A stretch of DNA of 43,658 nt. Origin: Limisphaerales bacterium. GTDB taxonomy: Bacteria > Verrucomicrobiota > Verrucomicrobiia > Limisphaerales > SXTU01. Positions within the stretch are counted from its first letter, which is position 1, and every line of letters starts with the position of its first letter. The stretch lies in NCBI GenBank assembly GCA_041666725.1, contig JBAYGL010000001.1, forward strand, positions 1 to 43,658. The letters run 5' to 3'. The position numbers and the translations under genes were made by a program. This document shows positions 34,581 to 43,658 of this stretch, piece by piece. A model generated the notes under the pieces. It was not told the DNA's origin and did not search any database. It saw only the letters and a list, made by a program, of their open reading frames with translations.

Positions 34581-36782
34581 ATGATCCCGGGCGCACAAAA
34601 ACGCAAAGCCGACTTCACGGACGTGGTGATGTATGTCGCCATCGCCACGAAGCACGCGCGCCTGATCATCCTGCTCTTCACCCTCTCGCTGGCGGCGGGG
34701 CTGGTGTTCTACATCTTCAGCCGGCCGGTTTACTACTCGAAGAGCGTCATCCGCTACACGGCCATCGGGACGGGGACGCCCCAGTTGGAAGGCCAGCTGT
34801 CTGGCGAACGCTCCGCCGACCGCTTTTCGGACGACAGGTTCCTGAAGGAGTTCGACGCCGAGCACATCTGCCTGCGCGTGGACAAGCGGCTGGGCGACGA
34901 ACTCGGCGCGGCGCGGGCGGGCAAGAGCGGCCGCAAGCAGGTGCGTGCCACCTGGACCAGCGACCACAACATCGAACTGAACGTCTGGTCCTACATTCCC
35001 TCGTGGGTGACCGCGTATCCCCAGGTCATGCTCGAGGAATTCCAGAAGGAGCGTGAGGAGCGTGCAAAGCTTCAGTTCCTCGCCCAGTCCAACAAATTTT
35101 CCGCGACAATTGAGGATCTGACCCGCAGATGGCAGGCGCAGCAGATGGTCGAGAACAGCGTCAACACGAAGTTTGATCCGGACAGGCTGAAGTATGAGCT
35201 GGAGCAGTTGCAGGTGGTGCCCCGGCAGCTGGAGCTGTTCAAGCAGCGCTGGCAGGAGTGGAGCCGGGTCCGCCAGAAGCTGCTAAATCCGATTTACACG
35301 GTGACCGAGCGGTTGGATTTCCTTTCCTCCGTTGACTACAACGTCGAGGGCAACACTCTCGTGGAGGTGGACCGGGAGACCAAGGAACGTCTTCCCCAGA
35401 GCATGCGCCCCTCCAACGGAACGGTCATCATACGCCCCCAGACCCGGTCCGATGGGGACGTGGTGTATGAACTGGAACGGAGCCGGCGCGAGCTGGACCG
35501 CAAAATCAAGGAAGCCTCGCTCATCTACCGGCCTTCCAATCCCAAGATGCAGACCCTCATCAAGCAAAAGGCCGCGATCGACCGGCTCATGACCGAGGAA
35601 CTGCACAAGGCTGAGGCCAAATTTGAAATTCACGGGCGCTTTCTGGCTTCAAAGCTGCAGGCATTGCAGGAACAGGAGCCGGTCTGGAAGGAGAAGCAAA
35701 AGAGCTACGAGAAATTCCTTCAGGAGAAAAGCATGATTACGCAAGGGCAGACCCGCTACGACCTGATGATCGCGGAAATGCAGAAGCGTCTGACGGAGGC
35801 CGAGCTGGCCATCCGCAACGAGCGCGTCACCCTGTCTTTCCTCAGTTTCGACCTGCCCATCCGGGATGAAATCCCCATCTCGCCGAACCGGCTTAAGATC
35901 GTCCTCATGTCCCTGGGCCTCGGCCTCGGCCTTGCCCTGGGCATTCCGTTCCTCCTCGAGTTCATGGACCAGACGGTCACCAACATGGAGAAGATGGAGG
36001 AGACGACCGGCATGCGCGGCCTCGGCCTGGTGCCCGACTTCGAGGACGATGTCGCCGAGGCCTACCCGCTCATCTTTGACGGAGATGGCGTGGATAATCC
36101 GGACTTCATCGAGAACTTCCGGGTCATCCGCACCAACCTGCTGTCCAGCGCCGCCACGTCGAAATTTCCCCAGGTCATCATGGTTACGAGCTCCTCGCCG
36201 AAGGAGGGCAAGACGGTCGTGGCCTCGAACCTCGCCATGTCCTTCGCACATACGGGCGAGAAGACGCTCATCATTGACGCCAACCTCCGCCGCGGCATCC
36301 AGCACCATCTATTCGGCAGCCGCTCCTCGCCCGGCCTGAGCAACATCCTTGTCGAGAAATACGACGTCGAGGACGCCTGCCGGCCGACCACGATGGAGAA
36401 CCTCCACATCCTTCCGTGCGGAGATCAACTCGAGGGCGACATCGAGCAGCTCGGCTCCCTGCTGTTCACCGGGGCCATTGACAAGCTCCGCAAGCGCTAC
36501 CAGCGCATCATCGTGGACTCGGCACCGGTGCTCGGTCTGGCCGAGACGAGCGTCATGCAGGCGGCCATGGACGGCGTCATCCTCGTCATCTGGACCGGCC
36601 AGACGCCCACGCGCGCCGTCCGCACCGCGATTGACATCCTCAACGACAACCACGCGAATTTCTACGGCTTCGTGCTCAACCGCCTCGACCTGATGGCGAC
36701 GATGAACCGGTTCCACTACTACTACTACACGAACCACTACTACAACCGGTATCAGACCCTCACCCGTCCGCCGCAGGCTTGA
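34581..36782 (+). CDS. polysaccharide co-polymerase / tyrosine autokinase (Wzc/GumC-like)
   Basis: Two TMs flank a coiled-coil periplasmic domain. The C-terminal kinase has Walker A SSSPKEGKT and Walker B-like IIVDSAP. A terminal Tyr cluster FHYYYYTNHYYNRY lies at 36717-36752. Confidence 0.85.
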   Translation: MIPGAQKRKADFTDVVMYVAIATKHARLIILLFTLSLAAGLVFYIFSRPVYYSKSVIRYTAIGTGTPQLEGQLSGERSADRFSDDRFLKEFDAEHICLRVDKRLGDELGAARAGKSGRKQVRATWTSDHNIELNVWSYIPSWVTAYPQVMLEEFQKEREERAKLQFLAQSNKFSATIEDLTRRWQAQQMVENSVNTKFDPDRLKYELEQLQVVPRQLELFKQRWQEWSRVRQKLLNPIYTVTERLDFLSSVDYNVEGNTLVEVDRETKERLPQSMRPSNGTVIIRPQTRSDGDVVYELERSRRELDRKIKEASLIYRPSNPKMQTLIKQKAAIDRLMTEELHKAEAKFEIHGRFLASKLQALQEQEPVWKEKQKSYEKFLQEKSMITQGQTRYDLMIAEMQKRLTEAELAIRNERVTLSFLSFDLPIRDEIPISPNRLKIVLMSLGLGLGLALGIPFLLEFMDQTVTNMEKMEETTGMRGLGLVPDFEDDVAEAYPLIFDGDGVDNPDFIENFRVIRTNLLSSAATSKFPQVIMVTSSSPKEGKTVVASNLAMSFAHTGEKTLIIDANLRRGIQHHLFGSRSSPGLSNILVEKYDVEDACRPTTMENLHILPCGDQLEGDIEQLGSLLFTGAIDKLRKRYQRIIVDSAPVLGLAETSVMQAAMDGVILVIWTGQTPTRAVRTAIDILNDNHANFYGFVLNRLDLMATMNRFHYYYYTNHYYNRYQTLTRPPQA

Positions 36783-36794
36783 GGATCATCCCGC

Positions 36795-37760
36795 ATGAGC
36801 GCGGCGCCCTCGCAGAACTTTTCCCCCACGCCCCCCGGCGTCTCGGTCGTCATCCCCGCCTACAACTACGCCCGCTTCCTCCCGTCCGCCGTCGAGTCGT
36901 GCCTGAGACAGGATTACGCGAATTTCGAGATCGTGGTCGTGGACGACGGTTCGAAGGACAACACCCGTGAGGTGATGGCCAGATATGGCGCGCCCGTGCG
37001 CTATGTTTACCAGGACAACGCCGGCCTCTCCGCCGCGCGCAACACCGGCATCCGCGAGGCGAAGTTTGAATTCGTCGCCTTCCTCGACGCCGATGACCTG
37101 CTGCTGCCCACGCATTTGAGCGACAGCATGGAGGCCTTCGCGAAACTTCCGCCGGACTACGCGCTCGTCGCCTGTGATGACGTGCTGGTGGACGTGGACG
37201 GACGACCGCTCCCGTTCACCGTCCATGTCCCCGTGCTCCCGCGTGAAGTCACCTTGAAGGACATCCTCATGCGCACGCGCTTCTCGCCCACCGGCGCGGT
37301 CGCGCGCAAGGAGGTCTTCGCCCTCTGCGGCGGCTTCGACACCGCGCTGCGCAGCACGGAGGACCGCGACATGTGGATCCGCATCGCCGCCAGGCGGCGC
37401 ATCTGGCATCAGGGCAGGGTGCTCGTCGAGATACGGAAGCACGGCAACAACATGAGCAACAACGCCGACCGGATGAAGAACAACATGTCCGTCGTGCTCA
37501 GGAAGGCCTATGACGCCGAAGTTGTGCCGAAGTCGAACCTCTGCTTCTGGCTCCAGGTCTTCAGCTACTGGCGCTACCAGACCTCGCTCATTTACAACGG
37601 CATCAGGCAGCCGCCGCGCGCCTTCCGGGACCTCTTCATATCCGTCCTGCTCTGGCCGTTCTTCGTGAACCCGGCCGCGAACGGCAACCCGCCGCTTTTC
37701 CGTCTTCGCTCCTTCGTCCGCTACACGCTCAATGCCCTTCGTGGCGAAGTGAAGCCGTGA
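36795..37760 (+). CDS. family 2 glycosyltransferase
   Basis: VSVVIPAYNYARFL, EIVVVDDGSKDNT and FLDADD (DxD) are GT2/GT-A motifs. Confidence 0.88.
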   Translation: MSAAPSQNFSPTPPGVSVVIPAYNYARFLPSAVESCLRQDYANFEIVVVDDGSKDNTREVMARYGAPVRYVYQDNAGLSAARNTGIREAKFEFVAFLDADDLLLPTHLSDSMEAFAKLPPDYALVACDDVLVDVDGRPLPFTVHVPVLPREVTLKDILMRTRFSPTGAVARKEVFALCGGFDTALRSTEDRDMWIRIAARRRIWHQGRVLVEIRKHGNNMSNNADRMKNNMSVVLRKAYDAEVVPKSNLCFWLQVFSYWRYQTSLIYNGIRQPPRAFRDLFISVLLWPFFVNPAANGNPPLFRLRSFVRYTLNALRGEVKP

Positions 37761-37765
37761 ACTGG

Positions 37766-37877
37766 AAGCTCCAAGCTCCAAGCTCCAAGCTCCAAAGAAG
37801 CTCCAATTCTCAAGCTCCAATTGCCAGCCTCACCTTGAACCTGCCGGCACCGCTTGCCTGGTTGGGGCTTGGAGCTT
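37766..37877. repeat. heptamer-periodic AAGCTCC array (family G) with a short inverted partner
   Basis: AAGCTCC occurs four times in tandem (37766-37793), followed by more units and variants (aattctc, aattgcc) to 37825. The inverted copy gcttggagctt lies at 37867-37877. Confidence 0.85.
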
Positions 37878-37892
37878 TGCCCCCTCGCTAAG

Positions 37893-39017
37893 ATGCCCGT
37901 GCGCAAGCTCAAGATTCTCCACGTCGTCTTCTCGCTTGACCCGGGCGGGATGGAGAACGGCATCGTGAACGTCGCGCGGCGGCTGCCGCCGGACGAGTTT
38001 GAAGTCCACGTCTGCTGCCTTGAACGCGGTGGCGCGTTCGTCGAACGCCTGCCGCATCCGGAGAACGCCGTCGTGCTCAACAAGCCGCCCGGCTTCTCGG
38101 CACGCGCCGCGTCCGGCCTCGCGCGCCACGCCGCCCGCATCGACGCGGACCTGCTGCATCCCCACAACCTCGGCCCGCTGACCTACGCCGCGCTCGCCTC
38201 CGGCTTCGGCCTGTGGAAGCCCGTCCTGCAGGGCGAGCACGGTGTCTTTCAAGGCGACCAAGGCAGCCCTGCCCGCCTCCGCCAGCGCCAGCGGCTCTAC
38301 CGGGCCTGCCGGAAGGTCCACACCGTCTCCGAGTCGTTGCGCCGCTATCTCATCGAGCACGGCTTCCCGGCGGAGAAAATCACCGCGATCCTCAACGGCG
38401 TGGACACCGAGCGCTTCCAGCCGGTGGACAAGGCCGCGGTGCGCGCGCAGCTCGGCCTGCCGGCACAGGGCCGGTTCATCGGCATTGTCGGGCGGTTCGA
38501 TCCGAACAAGAAGCACCTCCTGCTCATCGAAGCGTTCAATCGTGTCGCCGCGCAACTTCCCGGAGCCCGCCTCGTGATCGTTGGAGACAAGGGCTCGGAG
38601 AAGGAGAAGATTCAGGCCGCCGTTGCCGCGAGTCCCGCGCGCGACCGCATTCATGTCGCCGGCTTCCAGCCGAACCCGACACCCTGGTATCAGGCGTTCG
38701 ACCTGCTGGCCGCGCCGTCGATCTTCGAAGGCTTGTCCAACGCCGTGCTGGAGGCGATGGCCTGCGGCGTGCCGTGTCTCGCGCACACTGCCTGTGGCAA
38801 CGCCGAGGTCATCACCAGCGGCTCCGACGGCTTCCTTGCCGCGCTGGACTCGGTGGATTTGCTGGCGGCGGAGTTGCATCGCGTGCTGGCAGACCCGTCG
38901 GAGCTGGCCGCCACCGGCGAGCGCGCGCGCGCCCGGGTGGTGCGTGACTTCAGCATGGACGCGATGGTCCGCAACTACGCGCGCATCTACCGCGAGGTGG
39001 CGGGCTGGCCGGCCTGA
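37893..39017 (+). CDS. family 4 (GT-B, group 1) glycosyltransferase
   Basis: I prefer the ATG at 37893 (MPVRKLKILHVVFSLDPGGMENG). C-terminal FEGLSNAVLEAMACGVP (E-x7-E region). Confidence 0.85.
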   Translation: MPVRKLKILHVVFSLDPGGMENGIVNVARRLPPDEFEVHVCCLERGGAFVERLPHPENAVVLNKPPGFSARAASGLARHAARIDADLLHPHNLGPLTYAALASGFGLWKPVLQGEHGVFQGDQGSPARLRQRQRLYRACRKVHTVSESLRRYLIEHGFPAEKITAILNGVDTERFQPVDKAAVRAQLGLPAQGRFIGIVGRFDPNKKHLLLIEAFNRVAAQLPGARLVIVGDKGSEKEKIQAAVAASPARDRIHVAGFQPNPTPWYQAFDLLAAPSIFEGLSNAVLEAMACGVPCLAHTACGNAEVITSGSDGFLAALDSVDLLAAELHRVLADPSELAATGERARARVVRDFSMDAMVRNYARIYREVAGWPA

Positions 39018-39037
39018 GCGTCCGCGCGCCGGAGTCC

Positions 39038-39097
39038 GTTCGGTGTCCACGCTTTAGCGTGCCGTCGCCCAGACACGCTGAAGCGTGGACACCAAAC
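39038..39097. repeat. REP doublet (REPIN-like), intergenic
   Basis: 39038-39061 GTTCGGTGTCCACGCTTTAGCGTG and the inverted unit 39074-39097 CACGCTGAAGCGTGGACACCAAAC. It lies between the GT4 gene and the protease gene. Confidence 0.9.
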
Positions 39098-39228
39098 GGA
39101 GCTTGCGTTCCGCACCTTTGAACAATCCCCGCGTCCGCCAGTCCATTACCGTGACCGTCTGCCCGTCGGCGGCACCGGACTTCCGGGTTGATTCCGCCCC
39201 GCCGTCGGGCAGATTCTCGACAACATCT

Positions 39229-41403
39229 ATGAAACGAATCCTCTCCGCGAGCCTGGCGCTGGCGTTGATTTCGAGCGCGGCCCTCGGGGTCGAGTTCACG
39301 CGTGAGCAGGCGGGGCGCATCGCCCGGTCGGTCGGCGACCTGCTGGATCGTGCGCATTACAAAGGTGTGCGGCTGGACGACGCCATTGCGTCATCGCATC
39401 TCCGGAACTATCTCGACGTGCTGGATTACAACCACATGGTCTTCCTCCAGACCGACGTGGACGAGTTCACGGAGAAATACCGGAAGAAGCTCGACGATCT
39501 CACGAGGTCGGCCGACGCCACCCCGGCCTACGTGATTTTCGAACGCTATCTGAAGCGGCTGGACGCCAGCGTGGTGCATGTGAACAACCTGTTGAAGGAG
39601 CCGCACGATTTCGCCAGGGATGAAAAGTTCATCGCACAGCGCAACAAGCTGCCCTGGCCCAGGAACGAGGCCGAGGCGCATGAACTCTGGCGGCAGCGCG
39701 TGAAGTTTGAGCTGCTGAACGGAAAGCTTGCCGATGAGAAGCCCGAGAAGACCGCCGAGAAGATCGCGCACCGCTATGTCCGCCTCCAGAAGAACATGAA
39801 GCAGTTCGACTCCAGCGAGATTTTGCAGCACTACCTTTCAGCGCTCGGACACGCCTTTGATCCGCATTCCGACTACATGGCCCCGGCGGACGCGAAGAAC
39901 TTCGACATCCACAGCGTGAAGCTCAAGCTCAACGGCATCGGCGCGCTGCTGCAGCAGGACCCCGATGACGAAGATTACACCAAGATCAAGAGCCTCACGC
40001 CCGGCGGTCCGGCGGAGCTGGGCAAACAGCTCAAGCCCGGCGACAAGATCGTCGCCGTTGCCCAGGGTGCCGCCGAGCCGGTGGATTGCGTCGGCATGCG
40101 GCTCAACGAGGTTGTGGACATGATCCGCGGTCAGAAGGGCACCGAGGTCCGGCTCACGATCATCCCGGCGGATGCGGTCAGCCCTTCCGAGCGGAAGGTA
40201 ATCCGCATCATCCGCGACGAGATCAAACTCACGGAGCAATATGCCTTTGCCCGGATCATCGAGCATGTTTCCGGGGATGGAAAGAAACAGCGGCTCGGCG
40301 TGATTGACCTGCCGCAGTTTTATCAAAAGTGCGCCGCCGACGTGGCGAAACTCCTGTTCCGCCTTGAGCGGGAGAAGGTGGACGGCGTGATCCTTGACCT
40401 CCGTCGCAACGGCGGCGGGCTGCTCAACGAAGCCGTCGAACTGACCGGCCTGTTCATCAAAAAGGGCCCCGTTGTCCAGGTGCGGAACCCGAAGCAGATC
40501 GAAGTCCTGGAAGATGAGGATGCCCGCGTGACCTACGACGGCCCGTTGACGGTCCTCGTCGGACACCACAGCGCCTCGGCATCGGAAATTGTCGCCGCCG
40601 CCTTGCAGGATTACGGGCGCGCTCTCATCGTCGGAGACGTGTCCACGCACGGCAAGGGCACGGTGCAGACGCTTTACCCGCTCGGGCAGTGGATGGGCCG
40701 CCGCCAGGTGGAGGATCCCGGCCAGCTCAAGTTCACCATCTCGAAATTCTATCGCGTCGCCGGCGGCACCACGCAGAAGCACGGCGTCACGCCCGACGTC
40801 ATCCTGCCCAACGTGCTCGACCAGCTCGAGACCGGCGAGGCGTTCCTGCCCAACGTCCTCGAGGCGGACAACATTCCGCCCGCGAAATACCAGCGCACGG
40901 ACCGGATCAACGGGGGCCTCGATGAGTTGCGCAAGAACTCGGCCGACCGCATGGCGAAGGACAAGGACTTTGCCTACGTCCGCGAGGACATCGAACTGGT
41001 GAAGAAGCAGCGCGCGGACAAGACCATTTCCCTGAACGAGTCGCAGCGCCGGCAGGAGAAGAAGGACGCCGAAGCCCGCACCGAGGCGCGCAAGCAGGAG
41101 CGTGACGCGCGCAAGCCCGACGAGGACAAGGTGTATCTCGTCAAGACGGAGACCGTGGACAAGAACCTGCCGATCATCGCCGTGCAGGCGCCCAAGCCCA
41201 AGTCCAAGGAGAAGAGCGACCCCGCCAAGAAGCCGTCCGCCAAGCACGCTGATGACATGGATGAGGACGAAAACACCACCGATTCCGGCAAGGCGGTCAT
41301 TGATGTCTATCTCCGCGAGACGTTGAACGTCCTTGGCGACTACGTCCGGCAGCAGGCCATGAAGGGACGCGGTGAAATCGTCTCCGTGCCCGCCAAACCG
41401 TAG
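39229..41403 (+). CDS. prc: carboxy-terminal processing (tail-specific) protease, S41 family
   Basis: I prefer the ATG at 39229 (MKRILSASLALALISSAALG); the upstream MDTKRS... extension is REP-encoded. PDZ region (GGPAELGKQLKPGDKIVAV), LDLRRNGGG, catalytic Ser region HHSASASEIVAAAL, and Lys region THGKGTVQ. Confidence 0.88.
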   Translation: MKRILSASLALALISSAALGVEFTREQAGRIARSVGDLLDRAHYKGVRLDDAIASSHLRNYLDVLDYNHMVFLQTDVDEFTEKYRKKLDDLTRSADATPAYVIFERYLKRLDASVVHVNNLLKEPHDFARDEKFIAQRNKLPWPRNEAEAHELWRQRVKFELLNGKLADEKPEKTAEKIAHRYVRLQKNMKQFDSSEILQHYLSALGHAFDPHSDYMAPADAKNFDIHSVKLKLNGIGALLQQDPDDEDYTKIKSLTPGGPAELGKQLKPGDKIVAVAQGAAEPVDCVGMRLNEVVDMIRGQKGTEVRLTIIPADAVSPSERKVIRIIRDEIKLTEQYAFARIIEHVSGDGKKQRLGVIDLPQFYQKCAADVAKLLFRLEREKVDGVILDLRRNGGGLLNEAVELTGLFIKKGPVVQVRNPKQIEVLEDEDARVTYDGPLTVLVGHHSASASEIVAAALQDYGRALIVGDVSTHGKGTVQTLYPLGQWMGRRQVEDPGQLKFTISKFYRVAGGTTQKHGVTPDVILPNVLDQLETGEAFLPNVLEADNIPPAKYQRTDRINGGLDELRKNSADRMAKDKDFAYVREDIELVKKQRADKTISLNESQRRQEKKDAEARTEARKQERDARKPDEDKVYLVKTETVDKNLPIIAVQAPKPKSKEKSDPAKKPSAKHADDMDEDENTTDSGKAVIDVYLRETLNVLGDYVRQQAMKGRGEIVSVPAKP

Positions 41404-41438
41404 GCCGCACCGCGCGCCCGCTTCATTTGCATGACCCC

Positions 41439-41469
41439 GGCTCAGGGCTTTCCCTGAGCCAATTTCTTT
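41439..41469 (+). terminator. rho-independent terminator after prc
   Basis: 9-bp stem ggctcaggg / ccctgagcc with loop cttt, followed by the T-rich aatttcttt. Confidence 0.7.
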
Positions 41470-41520
41470 GCCCCGACCGCAACTTTCTCCTACCGTCGCC
41501 GTTCAAGTCTCTGTAGCTGA

Positions 41521-43272
41521 ATGGCCTTTGTCTCCATCAAGAACGTCTTCGCCCGCGCCGCCCTGGCGACGCCGGAGCAGTTTGACGCCTGGTCCAGGCT
41601 CTGGCGTGCGGCGGTGGACGGCGGTTCGCCCGAGCCGCTCATTGCCTTCATGGCGCGCGAGGCTGGCCTGACCGAGGAGGCCTTTCTGGAGAAACTGGCG
41701 GCGGCGCTCGAATGGCCGTTCGTCAATCTGAAGCTTCTCGACATCCCGGTCGAGGCGCGCGGGCGCATCTCCACCAAGGTCGCATTCCAGCACGGTGTCA
41801 TCCCGACGAGCTTCGCCGACGGCGTGCTGACCGTCGCGGTGAGCAACCCCTTCGATACCGCGCTGCTCAACGCCGTGCAATTTGACGCGCACTGCCCGGT
41901 GAAGTTCGCGCTCGCGCCGCACGCCGAGGTGGAGAAGGCGTTGAAGAAGTATTACGGCGTCGGTGCCGAGACGCTCGACGAGATGTCCGAGAACGAGCCG
42001 CTCGAACTCGAGCTTGCGAGCGACAAGGAGATCACCGAGGGCGATCAGGAGGCCAGCGTCATCAAGTTCGTCAATCAGATCGTCTGGGAGGCCTTCAAGG
42101 CCCGCGCCACGGACATTCACTTCGAGCCGGCGGAGGATGAGCTGCGCATCCGCAACCGCATTGACGGCATCCTGCACCAGATTCCGCTGCCGCCGCAGCT
42201 CAAGCGCTTCCAGGCCGCCATCATCTCGCGCATCAAGGTGATGTCCGGCATGAACATCGCCGAGAAACGCCTCCCGCAGGACGGCCGCATCAACGTCCGC
42301 ATCAAGGGCGAGGAGATCGACATCCGCGTCTCCACGGTGCCGACCGTCTATGGCGAAAGCGTCTCGCTCCGCCTCCTGTTGCGCGGGAAAATCTTCCTCA
42401 GCCTGGACAAGCTCGGCTTCACGCCCGCGGAGGAGACGGCCATCCGCGACATCATCTACAAGCCGCACGGCATCATGCTCGTCACCGGGCCGACCGGCTC
42501 GGGCAAGTCCACGACGCTCTACGCCTTCCTCAGCTCCATCAACTCGGTCCACAAGCGCATCATCACCATCGAGGAGCCGGTGGAATACGAGCTGAAGGGC
42601 ATCAACCAGATTGCCGTGCGTTCGGACATCGGGCTGACGTTCGCGATGGGGCTGCGCCACATCCTGCGCCAGGACCCGAACGTCGTGATGGTCGGCGAAA
42701 TCCGCGACCAGGAGACGGCGGAGATCGCCATCCGCGCCGCCCTCACGGGTCACCTCGTCTTCAGCACGCTGCACACGAACGACGCGCCCAGCGCCTTCAC
42801 GCGCTTGATCGACATGGGCATCGAGCCGTTTCTCGTCGCGTCGTCCGTCGAGGCCATCATGGCGCAACGCCTGGTCCGCACCATCTGCCCGAAGTGCAAG
42901 GTCGAGCAGCACGTGGAGCGAGACTACCTCATGCGCATCGGATTCCCGGCCGACGAAGTGGCGGCGACGAAGTTCATGCGCGGCGCGGGCTGCGAGGAGT
43001 GCCGGATGCTCGGCTACCAGGGCCGGCAGGGCATTCACGAACTGCTCCTCGTCACCGAGGCGCTCCGCCCGCTCATCATGAACCGCGCCCCCGCCTCGAC
43101 CATCGCCCAGCGCGCCCAGCAGGACGGCATGAGGACGCTGCGCACCGACGGCTGGAAAAAAGTCCAGACCGGCATCACGACGATCGAGGAAGTTCTGCGC
43201 GTGACCCAGACCGAGGAGCATCTCAAGGCGCTGATGGATGACACCGGGACGATGTTCCTGACGAAGAAATGA
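41521..43272 (+). CDS. GspE/PilB-family type II secretion / type IV pilus assembly ATPase
   Basis: N-terminal T2SSE_N/MshEN-like domain, Walker A GPTGSGKST, Walker B region VMVGEIRD, His box FSTLHTNDA, and a tetracysteine motif CPKC...CEEC. Confidence 0.9.
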   Translation: MAFVSIKNVFARAALATPEQFDAWSRLWRAAVDGGSPEPLIAFMAREAGLTEEAFLEKLAAALEWPFVNLKLLDIPVEARGRISTKVAFQHGVIPTSFADGVLTVAVSNPFDTALLNAVQFDAHCPVKFALAPHAEVEKALKKYYGVGAETLDEMSENEPLELELASDKEITEGDQEASVIKFVNQIVWEAFKARATDIHFEPAEDELRIRNRIDGILHQIPLPPQLKRFQAAIISRIKVMSGMNIAEKRLPQDGRINVRIKGEEIDIRVSTVPTVYGESVSLRLLLRGKIFLSLDKLGFTPAEETAIRDIIYKPHGIMLVTGPTGSGKSTTLYAFLSSINSVHKRIITIEEPVEYELKGINQIAVRSDIGLTFAMGLRHILRQDPNVVMVGEIRDQETAEIAIRAALTGHLVFSTLHTNDAPSAFTRLIDMGIEPFLVASSVEAIMAQRLVRTICPKCKVEQHVERDYLMRIGFPADEVAATKFMRGAGCEECRMLGYQGRQGIHELLLVTEALRPLIMNRAPASTIAQRAQQDGMRTLRTDGWKKVQTGITTIEEVLRVTQTEEHLKALMDDTGTMFLTKK

Positions 43273-43322
43273 GGCGATGAGCAATAGACTCCAATCCACA
43301 TTCCGGCTGGTGCCCGAGCCGT

Positions 43323-43598
43323 GTGTTGCGTGTTGCGTGTTGCGTGAGCAAACGCGGGCGCGCTCTGGCTCCCTCTCCCTTCATCGGATGAGGGGAGAGG
43401 GCCGGGGTGAGGGGTTCCGTGCGTCGGCGCAAGTGGCCGCACCCCTCATCCGGCCTGCGGCCACCTTCTCCGCTCGCTCCGCGAAGGGAGAAGGCGCGCG
43501 TCGTAGCCCCCGGTTGGCAGTCCGCCGACTTCCATCGGGAATTGGCATCCGTCCCCAGACTCCAGACGCCGGAACCCGCTTCTCGTGAAGCCTTCTCC
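43323..43598. repeat. repeat-dense terminal region: GTGTTGC heptamers plus several short GC-rich hairpins
   Basis: GTGTTGC x3 at 43323-43343. Hairpin ccctctcccttcatc / gatgaggggagaggg at 43371-43401. tgagggg / cccctca at 43408-43448. ccttctcc / ggagaagg at 43464-43494, with another ccttctcc at 43591-43598. Confidence 0.75.
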
Positions 43599-43658
43599 CC
43601 CCAACGCCTGCAACGTCCTCGACCTCGCCACCGACCGGCGGCGGCTCTGGTGTTTCGA

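Noticed and set aside
8007-39097. Possibility that the recurring short palindromes represent a CRISPR array.
   Set aside because: Repeats are inverted as often as direct, are scattered over 30 kb, and lack regular repeat-spacer periodicity. No cas genes are visible. The RAYT association explains family B.

Overview
High-GC, GC3-rich bacterial chromosomal segment. Gene content and repeat types suggest a PVC-group or Verrucomicrobiota-like organism, but this is a low-confidence inference. I call 35 protein-coding genes and found no rRNA, tRNA or CRISPR array. Left to right: an ECF sigma / anti-sigma / secreted-protein operon (minus strand), a 920-aa Ski2-like helicase, nusB, a PHP phosphoesterase, ftsY, a 2-hydroxyacid/phosphoglycerate dehydrogenase, a REP-associated tyrosine transposase (RAYT) flanked by REP units, and thrC. 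From 10.2 kb onward every gene is on the plus strand: an MlaE/MlaF-like/MCE operon with a catalytically degenerate ATPase, a porin, a di-haem cytochrome c peroxidase, a Pro/Ala-rich repeat protein, two tandem thioredoxins, a compact GspF-like protein, a class V aminotransferase, a dienelactone hydrolase, a secreted PHP-like protein, a GldA/F/G-like ABC system with DUF4340 and DUF4912 proteins, a polysaccharide export locus (beta-barrel, OPX, Wzc-like kinase, GT2, GT4), a tail-specific protease and a GspE/PilB ATPase. The most unusual feature is that many unrelated palindromic or periodic repeat families fill nearly every intergenic spacer. Two of them sit in frame inside otherwise intact genes: a REP doublet in the dehydrogenase and a ~143-nt palindrome in the helicase. 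One element is nested inside another. All functional calls rest on motifs read by eye, with no database searches.
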